This document shows, in pieces, positions 37,076 through 50,666 of a stretch of 64,000 bases of DNA. The stretch's first letter is position 1; every line of letters begins with the position of its first letter. Made by a program: the position numbers and the translations under genes. The notes under the pieces were generated by a model. The model was not told the origin of the DNA, made no database searches, and was given only the letters and a program-made list of their open reading frames with translations. This DNA comes from Kondoa subrosea (taxonomy: Eukaryota). The DNA lies in contig BCIN01000002.1 in NCBI GenBank assembly GCA_039545335.1, positions 2,094,484 through 2,158,483 of the forward strand. The letters are read 5' to 3'.

Positions 37076-37548
37076 TTATCTGGATGATGAGCCAACTACT
37101 TCAGCAATGACGATCTCAGGCTTTGAATCAGTATAGTTCTTGATATCAGCCAATACAGCTATCAAAGATATTCAGCTTGCAAGTAATTACGTGAGGGTTT
37201 CTGCACTTACGTGCACTGGCTTCATTGTCTGCCAAAGCTGCTTTGGCAGCATCAACTGACTTGAAGTCGAGAACAGCTAGGACATCATAGCCTTCTTCAC
37301 CATGTCCTTTGAGGACTTGATAAGCTGTAACAAAGTCACCCTGATCAGCTTGAATACTGAGGCATGCCCGTGAATGACGCGCACCACTCATGCCGTGGGA
37401 TTTCCATTGCTTGTGGGCCAAGGGCATATGAGATGACAAATACTGTATGGGCTCAGTTCAGCTTGATTCAGATAGCACAATTTTGGCCGCATACATAGTC
37501 CATGTTGAACTTGGGGTCTTTATACGTGACAGTAACTTGGCAAGCCAT
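37076..37548 (-). CDS. EthD-domain (dimeric alpha/beta barrel) protein
   Basis: VTYKDPKFNMDY..SHMPLA..W..HG...DIKNYTDSKPEI pattern across introns. Confidence 0.8.
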
Positions 37549-37748
37549 TGTTGAGAGCAATTGAATCGTGGTGAAAGAAAGAGGGAAGAATGCAGGCGGA
37601 GACAGGTTTCCCAAAAAGCGGGGTAAAGATTAAGGAATAGCCGAACAGGGCACCCGCTGTACTTTCTATCACACAGCAGTCTACATATCTAGTGTTATGA
37701 GCGTACAACTTCATACAAGGGAAATACGGGTGCAACCCACATCGATAT

Positions 37749-39150
37749 TCAATCCTTCCTTCTACTTTTCTCTTCATCTCTATATTTCCTCTTCCTACCA
37801 GAATCCCGCTTCTCATCCCTGTAAGACGACCGTCTTCTGTCTGGTGATCGACTCCTTGACCTCCTCCGACTACTGCTACTGCTCTTGCGGTCACTCCTAT
37901 CTCGATCTGATTTCCTTTCATCTGAATCCCTTTCTCTCCGTCTTCGATCATCTGAATCATAGTTTCTGCTACTTCGAGAGGGCGGTGAATCGGTATGCTG
38001 ACGAGAGGAGGTACCAGACCGAGAAGGAGGTGGCATTAACGCTCGGTCTTCAGCTGGTGTGGACTGCAAACGAAGAGTCAGCGGAAGGTGAATTATGCTG
38101 GGTGTAAGTACTCACAGTACCAGAACCAGAGCCGGAAGCGACTTCTCTTCTCATCAAAGGAACAAAGCGCATTTCTTCTCTTCGACTCTTCTTTGGTGCA
38201 GATCGACTACTGCTACTTTTCGATGACCCAGGTTCTTCGGTCAAAGTCAAAGGTTTCGCTCCAATACCCAGTAAAGCAGGTCGAGCTTTAGGAACGATAG
38301 CTTCTGTGGGTTTCCTTGCTTCTCTTTCTGAAGCGTTGCTTCCCCATCCCATTCCTCGAAGCAAAGCAGCGCCAAATTGTTCTACTGGTACACGAGCGTA
38401 ATCATCCAAAGTGCTCTGTAAATGAATCAGCTCTGAATACGAGAACGAGCAGGAGAGACGAACGGAATCTGGCCTGGATTCGAGATCCCTTCGAAAACTA
38501 TCACTCTCATCTCCTTCTTCCTTTGCGCCCAATTTGAATGTATCATCTGCGTGTTGTAAAATAGCATCTACTTCTGGCGCATCTTGCCCATTTTCGCTAA
38601 TACCTTTGAGCAATTCCCTCAAAGCTTTCGCATCTTCAGTTTCTGGTTCTTGTGGTACAGTAGCAGCAGGAGAAGGAGCAGCCGATACAGCTGGTGATGC
38701 AGAGGCGGAAGCTAAGGTAGTATGGGCTAGAGCACCTCTTAATTCTGTTGTAGGCGTAGCAGTACCATTTCGACTTGCCTGATTGTTGCTCAAGCCTCCA
38801 ACAACATTAGCTCTGATCTGATCTGCTGCTGCTAATTCGGCTTCCGTCAAAGGTCGACCAGTATTTGCTGCCCCTGTTGCTTCGTCTGGCAAGTATGTCT
38901 TCACTTTCCGCCTTGAGCCTGCTCGCAACAGCTGAGCTTCTTTCTTCCAATCCTTGTTAGGTTGAGATGGGATGATCAGAGCCGGTTGACCATTCTCTGC
39001 TTGCTTTTTACGTTTCGCTGAAGCAGACGCATCGAATTCGCTCAAAGATTCGACAGCTGGCTGTTTCCGACTATCCGAATCCGAGTCCGAGTCTGAGTCG
39101 CCTCTGAGATTCTGTCTAGGCCTTTGAATTGTGAAACTGATAGGCGGCAT
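37749..39150 (-). CDS. SPP2: G-patch splicing factor, Spp2/MOS2-like
   Basis: TLDDYARVPVEQFGAALLRGMGW...RPALLGIGA; RS/RD-rich tail. Confidence 0.85.
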
Positions 39151-39842
39151 GGTGAGCAAGAGACAACAGCGTTTTATCTGAAATTGGCTTTATCTTACTC
39201 AATGGCGATCATCAAGCAGGTATGGAGGCCGCCAAATGGACAGTATGTATCTACACAAATATCTATACAAATTGAGGCCAAAATCTTCAACGTTGTGAGT
39301 CGCTAACAGAATTGGTTTGTAGACTGTGGGCATTCCTCTTATCAATAAAGAAGACGATCGTCGGCGACCATGCAACTCCTGCTTCCTGCATTTCCAGCCC
39401 GCGATTCAGGAAGACACTCGCGACTGCAATTCGGTTCAGATTCAGGCTTCGCTGGTAGTGCCGATACACCAGATATAGCACAGAATACCTTTCAGATCAG
39501 TATACCTCATTCGCCAATTCGTTGAGCATTGTAAGGACATCCCAAGGAGAAGCTCAGGTTGTAGAGTCATATGTTTAGTTGCATAATTGTAATTCGAGGT
39601 TATGAATGATTCGCGAACAATGTTACAAGTCTAGGAAAGGATACTTAGCGAAAAGATTGACGAAGCGAGTCGAGATTAATCTGCATTTCAGCGACCGACC
39701 AGTTCTTCACATCTTTTGTAGATCATGTGAAGGCGTAGATTATGCATCGTTCTGTGCTCGTTTTGTCACCTCACAGCCCGAAGAACTTCAAAGAGAATAA
39801 TACGCACTGGAACTCTTCCACAGCATCATGTCGTCCGGAATC

Positions 39843-41726
39843 ATTGTTGTACCCTTTCACGTATTTCATATCCTTCAGTCTTTGCTGAGCTATCCAGCTC
39901 AAAAAATCGAAGAACTTGTCGGGGCGCTCGTTAGCGGTGTTCTATCGTGGCCATCAGTCTTGGCACCTGAGCTGGTGATGCGTCTTACCTGAGCTGCCTC
40001 CAATGATTTGCGCAGAAACGGGTGGTTCACTTGGTAGTCGCTGACTACAACCTTGATATGGTCATCAAATGCAGCCGGTACCTCCTTCATGGCTTGAACG
40101 GTCTTATATGGGTTGTGTGTAGGATCGCCAATTTCAGTCTCACCAGAATTGCCAATGTGGTAGCCGTCTGAGTCCACACACAGCCTGACGAGTCCTTGTT
40201 CTTGCGATATAACTGGCGGTGGCGGTATATTTTGCTTCCGACACTTTGCCTCGCGATCAGTGACCTTTTTCGCAGATTTGTCCATCACTTGCTTGCTTTC
40301 ATATACCTCTGAAGACACGAAATGAGTACCGATAGACCCAACGAAGTCATCGACACCTACCGAGTCGCACAGGTAAGCCCTCCACAGAATATCTTACAGT
40401 GAACGAATAATTCCCTCTCTCCTGCAGAACAGCCGGACAGATGAGGCGCGCTGTGATCGCAGGGCCGGCACTGGCAGCGACTCGTCTGGGTGTATTCTCG
40501 ACTTTGTAACCGCAAATCAGCTGCTTGATGCACAAAACAGCGAGTCGACTTACTCGGAAGGATGTGCTCAGGTAAACCTGCAAGGTTGCATGCCCATGAT
40601 CCGAAGATGACTGCATGTGCAAGATTGTCAATCACTTGAGCGGTAGTTGTTGTGTCTGTTCTTCAACTGAGCAAATGGCAAATACTTCTGTAGATGTATC
40701 GACTTACCTTTGCCGAATGGATGCTGTAGCGCTTTTATCAGATGTTCGTCTTCATACAACCGACAAAAGAGGTATATCATGTGTTGTCGATGCTCTGCAT
40801 CAAGTCTGCGCGCTTCTGCGACCTGCTTAAGAGAATTGATAACATCGGAAGTAGCTTTAGCCATTCGAGAATAATGTGCATGTGCGTGCGCGAGATCGCC
40901 AAAGTGCTTCCTGAGATTTTTCGCTTCCTTGTCAGCATTCTGGATTGCGTCCAGATCACCAGCGAGGAAAGCCGGTAGCGGTTGTGCCAACTTATGCAGC
41001 TCAAATTTGCAAGCTATCATTGCCTGCGCAAGCTCCAACTGTGTCTTTAAAGGCTTTGCAGTTGCAGAGAGATATGCTAGCCTCTTTGCTTGAAGGCAAT
41101 CTCCCACAATTGTCTTCCATTCGGCGTGTACTCCAGGGCCTGGATTTTGAAGCTCCTGCTTGATCTTGTTTGCTTCATCGACTAGTTGTGTGGTTCGTTC
41201 TTTTGTTTCGGTGTTGACTTTGATCCTCTGCTTGTGTTGATCTTCCATGGTCCTCATGTTGCTCTCCGCTACAAGTGTCTTGGTGACATAATTATTCGCG
41301 CGGCTTTCACATTTGTTTAATGTCTGCTTGAAGACACTCTTCCTGTTGTAATCGCATATTGCAGCAGCTAGAGGGACGCGCAACTGCAGTACTTGCTGCT
41401 TCAGTCCGTCTGCGAGCTTCTTCAGGGTATCCTGCATTTCCGTAGAGCACTAATCTACGTGTCAAACAGACTGAGTAGCAAGGATGCTTGATGGACGAAC
41501 CTCCGTCGACTTCAGCTCAATATCCAGGATACTGTCGATCTGCTTTTCAAGCTCGACGTTCTGGAAAGAAGCTTTGAAAGTGGCTCTGGCCTGGCCATTC
41601 CATCCCTTTGTCCTCCTTCAGCTTTAATCTTACAATAGCTCTGACTCTACTCACAGGAAAGCCTGTCTTGATGGCGAAAGCTGGATGACCGGAAACAGAT
41701 AATCTGACGGTATCGGTTCTATCCAT
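39843..41726 (-). CDS. Orphan coiled-coil-rich hypothetical protein, multi-exon
   Basis: Protein-like ORFs 40628-41437 and 39899-40318 with intron-like gaps; family not recognised; ends approximate. Confidence 0.45.
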
Positions 41727-42599
41727 GATGGGGGGAGCTTGATAGGTTCTACTTTCGGCATTACTTCTAGTCCATGGATGAAAGACTATAGACTTACCTG
41801 GTCTTTCTGGTCTTCCAATGAAGCTTAGCTGCCTCAAATAGAGTAGGATAGTCTTTGTTGTATCCTTGTTCGCTATATGACTCTTCAGAGAGCTTGATCG
41901 CGGCGGGTACGAGAGCAGCAGAAGACATGGTAATGTTATCAAGAAGATGAAAGCAGGCTTAGAGGAGATGATCAAATGAGAATGAATAAGATTTAGGAAG
42001 AGAGAAGAAGAGTGATTCGCATTTGAGGAATACCAGCAACAAAGGGATGCAGGCGTCCGTTTACTCACTGAGGTCTTGCTCTATAATCCATTTACAGCCA
42101 GAGCTACAGAACGATATGAATGGATAGTTATCGATCGAAATGGGTCAAATGATCGACCGATCCGGTCGATCATCGCCTGAAGTCAACATAGGAGCAGATG
42201 TAGTCAAAAGGTTGAGAAATGGAGAGATGGAGGCAGAGACAGACAGCGAGATCAAACTGCTGAAATGCCAATGCACGACACGAGATATCGTGCTTTTGCT
42301 CAGCCAATAATGAATAAGGAGAGGCTGGAGAGCATAACACTGATGCCAAATGGGAATCGGCTCGAAGACGGCTGTCACGGTCCAAGCCAGTCGAATGTCT
42401 TTTCTCTTATCCTCAGCACTTCGTCTGATACCTCCATCTTGCACTTCTGATGGTTTCAGCTGACGGGCTTCGCTAGATCGGAATATCTGGTGCCAAGACT
42501 GAACCTTCGGACGGACGCTGAAAAGCTAAGGAAGAGCGAGCTCATCAGCAGGTCGCCCTCAAACCGTTCAGCAACAAAGTGCCCAAGCAGCTATTGATA

Positions 42600-43620
42600 A
42601 TGAGCGCTGCATCCAAGCAGAGCAAGGCAGCTAGCGAGAGGAATGCTCGCCTTCTGAATGATGTTGCGAAGGAACCGGGCAACACTCAATGTGCGGACTG
42701 TGGAGCATCGAATCCTCGCTGGACATCAGCCAATCTTGGTGTCTTCATATGTCAGCAATGCGCGAGCATCCACAGGGATATCGGTGCTCATATTACTAAA
42801 GTGAAATCGTGAGCACACTTGTATCTTTCGTATTGTGAACAAGTGCTGACATTTACATTTAGGATGAACTTAGAGTACGGAACTCATACATCAGATGCGT
42901 ATCAGCTGATTCGGGAGCAGCTTTTGGACTAAAGAAATGGTCGATGTTATGAAGGCCATGGGCAACACTCGTTCCAATGCGATATACAACCCTGAGAATC
43001 GTCCACCACCTGCTGGAGATAATATAAGATTAATGAACAATTACATTAGGGCGAAGTATGAATACAGGAAATTCATGCAAGAGGAGTCACCATCTTTGCC
43101 TGAGCGAAAAGGTTCAGCCAGAACGTCTACCTCTTCGCCTGATCTTCCACGGCGACCGGCATCTTCTCAGCGTTCCATGTCGAGCGCAAATCCTGCTCTT
43201 CCTTCTCGTGCAAATTCAAGTTTACAGCAGCCATCGACTTCTCAGTCCGCACAGGCAGCATCTGTTTGGGCTGACCTTATAGACATGTCAGACTCATCTC
43301 AACCAGCATTACAGCACCCGATGGCTCAAGCGGCTCCTCTACCTCCAATGCAGTATGCGTATCAAGCTTCTTCTTCCTTGCACCCTGCTGTATCTCCATT
43401 CCAGCAATCGGCAGCATATCAGCCAGGTATATCGCCATATCAACAACCTTCTCCGTCTATAGTACAGCAGACGAACCCATTCTTCGCTATGCAATCACCT
43501 CAATATGTTCCTTCACCTTCGTTTAGTCCAACAAATCCTTTCGATCAACAAACGCAGCAGAGCTATATTGGTCAACAATTGCAGGGGTATCCGCAGCAGC
43601 AGAATTATTGGAATACGTAG
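42600..43620 (+). CDS. ArfGAP (SMAP/Age2-like)
   Basis: CADC...PRWTSANLGVFICQQCASIHR...ITKVKS, MGNTRSNAIY, YIRAKYE; NPF motifs in the tail. Confidence 0.92.
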
Positions 43621-44091
43621 TAATGGCAGGAAATGCAGAGGGTATCATTCTTAGATAGTAGACACGGTTGCTGGTGAACACAAGTGTAAATCAATCATGT
43701 ATTAGTGTATTGTGAGTCAGTCAACAATGTATCATGTTATGCAATCCGCTGACATCAACCAGTTTCGTGTGTCCCGGCAACCAGTCTTCATGCAGCTTAG
43801 CTTAGCTGCTCTTCAGAAAGTTCGGCTCCGGGGAAGTCTCTTTCCTTTCTTCCAAATCTCCTGTGGTGGCTCGATCCACCTTTGAAATTACTTCCGTTTC
43901 GCTTCTCGCAGGGCATTTGCAGGGACTGACCTGCGCGAGGCACAGCCAGACAACGGTGCATTGGTATTATGCTATCCAGTACTTTCTTATGACAGGACTC
44001 CATACGTCCGTCGTCCATTGTCATCGCCTCCTCGTATGACCTGTTTTTGCGATGATTGGCTTTCTTTCTTCTGTTTATAACTACAAACAAT

Positions 44092-44899
44092 ATGATCATC
44101 ATCAGGTTTGCTCAAGAGGAAGAAGCTGATGAGATGGCAGAAGTTTACGCCTTAGCTTTTAAGGGCTCGGAAGGCAAACTCTTCGCACAGCCTAATTACG
44201 CCAATTTCCTACCAGAGGTCCTTGAACTCGCTAAGAAGACCTTTATTGCTGAAATACAAGATCAAAGAGTTGTTGTTGCTGTTTCTGAAGAGGAAGAAAG
44301 AATAGTTGGTATCGCTTCGTGGCATCTACCTAATTCGGTTGAAACCAGAGCAGAGACATTTGGTAAGTTTCTTAGGAGAGCTGGAGATTATGCTGACTCG
44401 TTTTAATCAGTACCTCCTGAAGGCTTCTGTGACAAGTATAGACGGTCGAACGAAGGCAGATCTGGTTCAGCCGTCTGTAAAAAGTGAGTTGACGATTCTT
44501 CGGCTAGCCTTTCGAGCTCAAATAGTTTCAGATACTTCGACGGTCATATTGTAAGACAAGGTCTTTGCGTTCTTCCTCACTATCAAGGTCAAGGGTCGGC
44601 GCCTGATCTTTCGCCCACCGACTATGACTGATTGATGAGATGGCAGAATCGGCAAGATGCTGGTCAATTATATATCCGATATGGCGACAAAGCTCAATCT
44701 TCCGGTCGGCGTCAACGCTATCGCTTCGAGTCAGAGATTACATCAGCTTTGTGGTTACGAAACTATCGAAATAGTCACTGTTTCGGATGATCGTCCAAAT
44801 TGTCCAGCTAGTTTAACTTACGCTGTGCAGAGATGGATACCGCGTGCTCTAGTAGGACCAGTACAGCATTCGAGGAAAATTTATCATATTTCAATTTAG
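44092..44899 (+). CDS. GNAT-family N-acetyltransferase
   Basis: IRFAQEEE...IVGIASW, L.VLPHYQGQGIGKMLV, LHQLCGY. Confidence 0.7.
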
Positions 44900-45313
44900 T
44901 AGCAACCATAATACTTTGGTCAATGTCAACCACTAATCAATCACTCCTTCTGTATCTTGATCGAATGCTGCCTGATGATCTTTCGTACTCTTTAGAGAAG
45001 GGTTGCCAAAAATGATCTTCGCTTTGCTTCGATTCTTTTCACCGATTTCATGCTGGCTATGTTAGACAAGCTTCGCCTTCTTTGCTTCCTTCTAGGTGAG
45101 GTGACAGGTCTACTTTCCACCATAATATTATAATGGAAGCACATCAAGTTCCCCTTCTGGGCCGCGACGAAGTGAGTTTGCCAATATCTACACCTTGTGA
45201 CTTTTCCCTGATAGGCCTGCCAGCCTGTCTCCTCCTTTCCTTCTGATGCAAGTCTCAAGTCTCACCAGTATCCGCCGCTCGATGACTACACAAGTGAAGG
45301 ACAAGAAGCTGCC

Positions 45314-47088
45314 ATGAAGAGCTCCCTCCCAGGTCACGACAGCAAACCTTTCGGTCAAGTCTCTGTGCGATTCATTCTACTCTCTATCATTCTCCCTTCT
45401 TTAAGTGCTGTCGTCTTGATTCTGGGTCACCACTTCTACTACCAATACTTGAACGGCAGACCAGATTCTGCAGCGAACAAGTTGTCTCAATTGGCCGATT
45501 TGAAGCAGTACGCCTTGAGTCAACGGGGAGCTCAGGCTATCGGAAATGCCTTCGCTTTCCTGGTTCAATCTTGTTTAGCTGCAGTCATTGGCGTGGCTTT
45601 CACTCAGCTCAGGTTTGCACTTCCTCTGCAAAGACAAATAAATAATACTCAGTTGGGCCTTTGACAGTTGGCGTATAGCAGCGCGAAAACCTTCTCAAGT
45701 TTCGACTTTCGATGCCCTTTTTTCAAGCAGAACTGAGATCTTATCTTTTTTCAATTTGCGCCTCTGGAAAACAGCGTCGCTCGTCATTGTGGTACCAATC
45801 TTGTCTTGGTGTCTGCCGCTTTTTGCTCTCTTTCCGGCGAGTAGTATCACCATCAAGAGCATTATCGATCTAGAGTTCAATCGATGTTTGGGTAACCGGG
45901 TGGATTTCAGTCTCTTGCCGACTGGGTACTTGTATGACGGTGAATCCTCTCCTTAAGAGGTAGGATAACATCTGACTCCCTTTTGCCGCCAGGTTATCCG
46001 AACGGTGTTGAGCCTTTGGAACCAAGTAACATCACTATTCGTGCGAATGCAGTCACCTATCTTTCGTCCAAGCCACATCCTCCCTTCAAGCCAAGCTGCG
46101 TTGGTAATTGTACTTATAACACTGAGTTCTTCGCTCCTTCGGTAAAGTGCGAAACGCCAAGTTCTGAAGCCGACGCCGCACTTGCTGAACAATACGCGTA
46201 TCAACCAGCTGGAAGTTCACCTACTTGGTTGGCTGTAGGTTATGACAATTCGTCTGCTGGCGAAACAAGTACGTAACCATGTGCAGCTATTGTTCAGTAC
46301 TTTCGCTAACATAGCCAGCAGACTTTGATTACCCGTCCCGCCTGGCAATACACTACGAGCCTTCTGGATCGGCTGTCAATACATCCTGCAGTTTCTTCAA
46401 TTCATCTTATCTCGTTTCCTATCTCTTCAACGATTCGTCAGCTACTGCGAATATTTCTAAGCTCGAACAGATCAGTCCCTTTCCTCAGCTTACTTTCGAG
46501 CAAGTCAATCCGCGCCCCTCGTATCCTGATCCATTATATGCTGCTCTCAATTACTATGGAATGATCCAAGCCTTCTTATCGCCCTTATTTGGTCGAATCG
46601 ACACTCATCCAGGCGGTTTCGGCAAAGGAGTGCTCAGCAGCGCAGGTCTTTCAGTCTTGCAAACGCCTCTAGTCGGACCAGGTCAAGATTTAGTCAATTT
46701 CTCTGACAACCTTCTTAAGGTCCTAGAAGACATGTTCACCAACTTCACCTTATCGATCGCTTCACTCGATATGGGCTTACCCAGAGAAACGAATTACTGT
46801 ATTACGAACAACCCCGTTAATCGATTCTCTTACGAAGCCAGTACGCTTTTTGCTGCCTATGGAACCGGGCTTGCAGTCACTTTATTCTGTGCTGCTTGGG
46901 GAGCTGTAGCATTGTTAAGTAATGGGAAAGGCACTGAAGGAGGGTTTGCAGCTTTCTTTGAAGCGATCAGGCATTCCGACCTAGATCAACTGAGCGAGAA
47001 GGAGACGATCAGATACGGTAGGTTGAGGCAAAGTGGGTTCAGCGGATTTGGAAAAGAGGGGGATTTGGTCAATCGAGGAGTAGCATGA
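45314..47088 (+). CDS. Uncharacterised fungal membrane protein
   Basis: GHHFYYQYLNG, GNAFAFLVQSCLAAVIGVAFTQ, CTYNTEFFAPSVKC, C-terminal TM (YGTGLAVTLFCAAWG). Confidence 0.65.
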
Positions 47089-47237
47089 GAGCATAATGGG
47101 GCAAATCACTAGCATTGCGATTATTCATTACGAATGCGTCAATAGGCACTCACTTTCATCTATCCTAATAATACATGCACTGAATTCCTTTACACCCCAA
47201 TAATGATTACATTCCCATCAATCTCACTGACCCTGAT

Positions 47238-48230
47238 TCAACCCATCGCCGTCTTTCTCGCATTCTGAGCAGCGACACCTAAACTCTCGACAAATGCTTT
47301 CCTCATTCTCTTGAGGAAGACGGAAAAGTCTCTGGTTTCGTTTAGCGTCTGCACATGCTGTATAAGGACGGTCGAAGGTAGCGAAGGCGAACATAGAGGA
47401 ACTTCGATGGGTGGGTGAGCAAGGTGGAAAAGAAAGTTAATGATGGGCTTACCTGCATATTCCGAAGTAGATAGGTCTAGATCGAATGTAAACGGCCGCG
47501 TATATGAAGTCGCGTCTACTTGCGTGAAGGTAAACGAGATGAGATCGCCTGAGAAATCATTAGCCTTGATGGAAATTTGGCTGGCGAAAAGACGTACGAC
47601 CTTTACCGGACATGGTCATGCCTAGCGACTTTTCGAAGAAGCTCAGCTCGGGCTTGTTCTTGGAAGCTTGCAGCGCTATCTGTTCTTTCATCTCATTTCG
47701 ACCTGAACATAATCTCAGTATTGGAGCTGAAGATCAGAGCAAAGATAGATACCTGACTGCTTTCGATCCAGCTTGTTCTGCCACTCGTCAATGTCGCTCT
47801 TGAGACTCTCAATTTGTTCCGCCATGCCTCGTTTCCGCTGTTCCAAACCTTTTACCACAGTCGACCCGCTTTCCGTTTCTTCTTTCTCCTTGGCTAACAT
47901 CTTTTGCATCTCAGCAGTCAACTTTTCCAACTGATTCCGTTCAGCTTCCACACGTTTGCCTTCTTCCAGAATATCGGCCAACTCAGCTTCGAACAATCTC
48001 TTGCGTTCAATCTTGGTATTGACCAGAGCTCTGAGCGTAAAGTCCAAAGTAGACATATCAGCGTGTAGATTCGCTTTCAATGCTGCATCGCTAGCAAAAA
48101 TCGTCGAAGGTAAAACAGCAGAATGAATTTCAGCTGTAGCCAACGCAGGTTTCGACGGTGTGCGGAGAGCTCTTCCAGGCGATCGAGTAGGCGTACCAGG
48201 TGCTGGTGCGTAAGATATTCGACCAGACAT
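47238..48230 (-). CDS. SPC25: Kinetochore Ndc80-complex subunit Spc25
   Basis: Coiled coil followed by PELSFFEKSLGM, LISFTFTQVD...FTFDLDLS, LNETRDFSVFLKRMRKAF. Confidence 0.85.
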
Positions 48231-48383
48231 GATCTCCGTGGTCGGAAACAAGGAATGTGATAAAATTCGAAGTGAGTATAGACGCGTCAATGAAGCTACA
48301 AAGTCGGAACTAGAGCTGCTCTCAGCTCGTCATATGGAATTTCACGCGACTGAGCGCTATTTGTACATTTTGATCTCTGGGCA

Positions 48384-50210
48384 TTATGCTGGTTCTGCTG
48401 CTCCAGATGCATCGAGGCGAGCTCTCTTCGGCGATGTAGGCATCGCAATGTCATCTTGGACCAATGACCGTTTAGTTGAGCCTGGCTGCTGGTCTTGCGA
48501 TAAGTGTTTGAATGTATATGGCTAACATGAGACGAACCTCTTCTGCTTCCGCCTGCTTCGAATCCTCTACCTCTTGCAACGCAAGCTGATCTCCCGCTAC
48601 TACTTCAAATTCTTCAGTAGCTACTCTCTGTGTCGACTTCTCCTCTTCTTCATTATTCTCTGCCGACATTGGCCCAGAGCCATTCTCTGCTGGCTCTGAT
48701 TTCGCCTCGACAACAGGTTTCTTCTCCTCTTCATCTTCTTCTGGTTTGATTCCTTGACTATTGGAGAAAGAAGCTTCAATGTTGTCTAATTCGGCGAAAT
48801 CCGCTTCATCGAAATCGTCGTCGAATTCTTCCTCTTCTTCATTCTCGCTGTTATTTCATCACTCAACATAGAAAGAGATGACGAGAAAGTGAACTCACGG
48901 TCTTTGATAGGTGTATCTGTCCATTTTTTTTTTTAGCCTGCTGCAAAATCAAGTACGTGAAGAACCTACTTCCCCTCGATTGGCGAAGTCGTCTTACGGT
49001 CTTTCCAAGCAATCTTGGTCTTCTCTGTACGATTCGACATTATTCAATCAGCCTTGAGGCAGAATGAGTAGAGCCAAATTCGTACCTCTGAATTTCTGGC
49101 GGATAGCAGTCCGTTTAGCCTGGCAAGAACATGAAACACAGGACAGCGTTTACCTTCTCAAAGCCTGTGATAGCTTCCTTTTCATTCGCCCAAGGTCCTT
49201 GAGTTTGATTCTTGCCCTCGGTGTCTGTAAACATGACCTCTATCGTAAGTCTATGCTGACAAGAGAAGAGCCTGATTTACCTATCCGACCCCATCTTGTG
49301 AACAACCTGCATATCAAGTCAGACCTGACAGGTCTCGAGGTATAGCAGCTTACCAGAACAGACTTTGCGTGGTTGACTTGAGGATTTGAATCTTGTAGAA
49401 CTACGAAAAGGAAAAGAAGACATCAGACGCCAAGTTCTGGTGTTGCAGGCGCTTGGCGATTACCTTGTGCGAGCCTTTACTACCTTCATCTTGTGTCCTG
49501 TACAGAAGTTCAAGACCGCAGCACAGTGTAGGGAGCTCCCGGTAACGCACATGTAAGCATTCCAGACCGTTCGCTGACTCTTGTGCAATTTCACTTTGTC
49601 TGATAAGACAAGGATCAGACTCAGCGCATGCTACTCGAGCGGAATTTTGCTGACCCGCCAGCGAACAATGCTCATCTACTTCCACAGCAGAAGTACTCTG
49701 TTTCGGTGCTTCATCATCTTCTGGATCTGTACTGCCTTCCTGTTCTTCCAATTTCCTCTTCTTTCTTTCAGCTTGTCTAGCTTCCTTCTCCTCCCTTTCT
49801 AACCGATCATACTCTTCTTCGCTCTCGTCTGCATTGAGGGCTAGATCCCACTCGTTCCTATCAGCAAATCACTTCTTCAATTACTTGAAAGTAAGTAATG
49901 CAGCATGAAACTGACTCATCCTGCCTAACACCAGTATCGCAAGTCTCAGCTAACCAAGCCTGACCAACAATCCAAATCCGAGTCTTGTCTTCATCTTCAT
50001 TATGCGCCAATACAGAACGCGTTTTAGCACCTCTTTTGATCCATTCGGAATCGGAGATCAATAAATGGGTTACATGGTCATTCAGTTTAGTAGAGACTGA
50101 TCCGCCTTGATCACAGATGGTTGCAGTGAGGGCTTGAATTGCAACATTGAGTGAGAGTACGCTAGACATTCAGAAGTGGGGAACGTACTGTTTGTATTCT
50201 GCTTATGTGC
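48384..50210 (-). CDS. BRCT + WGR domain protein with acidic tail
   Basis: BRCT (GGSVS...VTHLLIS...IVGQAWLAETC); WGR (FYKIQIL...LFTRWGRIG...EKTKIAWKDR); start approximate. Confidence 0.72.
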
Positions 50211-50666
50211 GTATGATCCGCAAAGCAAGAAAGTGCAGCCGACTAGGAAAGTCATTAACAGAGAGACGAGGAGGTTGACAACAGATTTGCATACCCAGTG
50301 GGGCAGCTAAGCTCGACATAATGAAGAGAAAGCGCGAAGACGCGAAGTGAGTTTAGACAAAGCAATGTCCAGCGATGCAAACGGTTTTGTAACACAAGGG
50401 AAAGCAGCAGAATAAGATTAAGGACAGGTCCAGAAGATGGAGAGCTGGAGCAGAGAAAGGCAGAGTTGGTCACCTCGTAACAAGCTTGCAGCATTGCTTG
50501 GTCTCAACCACGAGCAGCGGCTGGATTCAGACGAATACCATAGCAAGAGTACGCTTGGATCATATCCTTATAGGCAGCCTAGCTTGCGTTGGACTATACC
50601 CCTTTGAGCTTTGTTAAACTTCAGACACACCCTGATGCTGCAATCGCACGGAGTCTATGTCATGCT

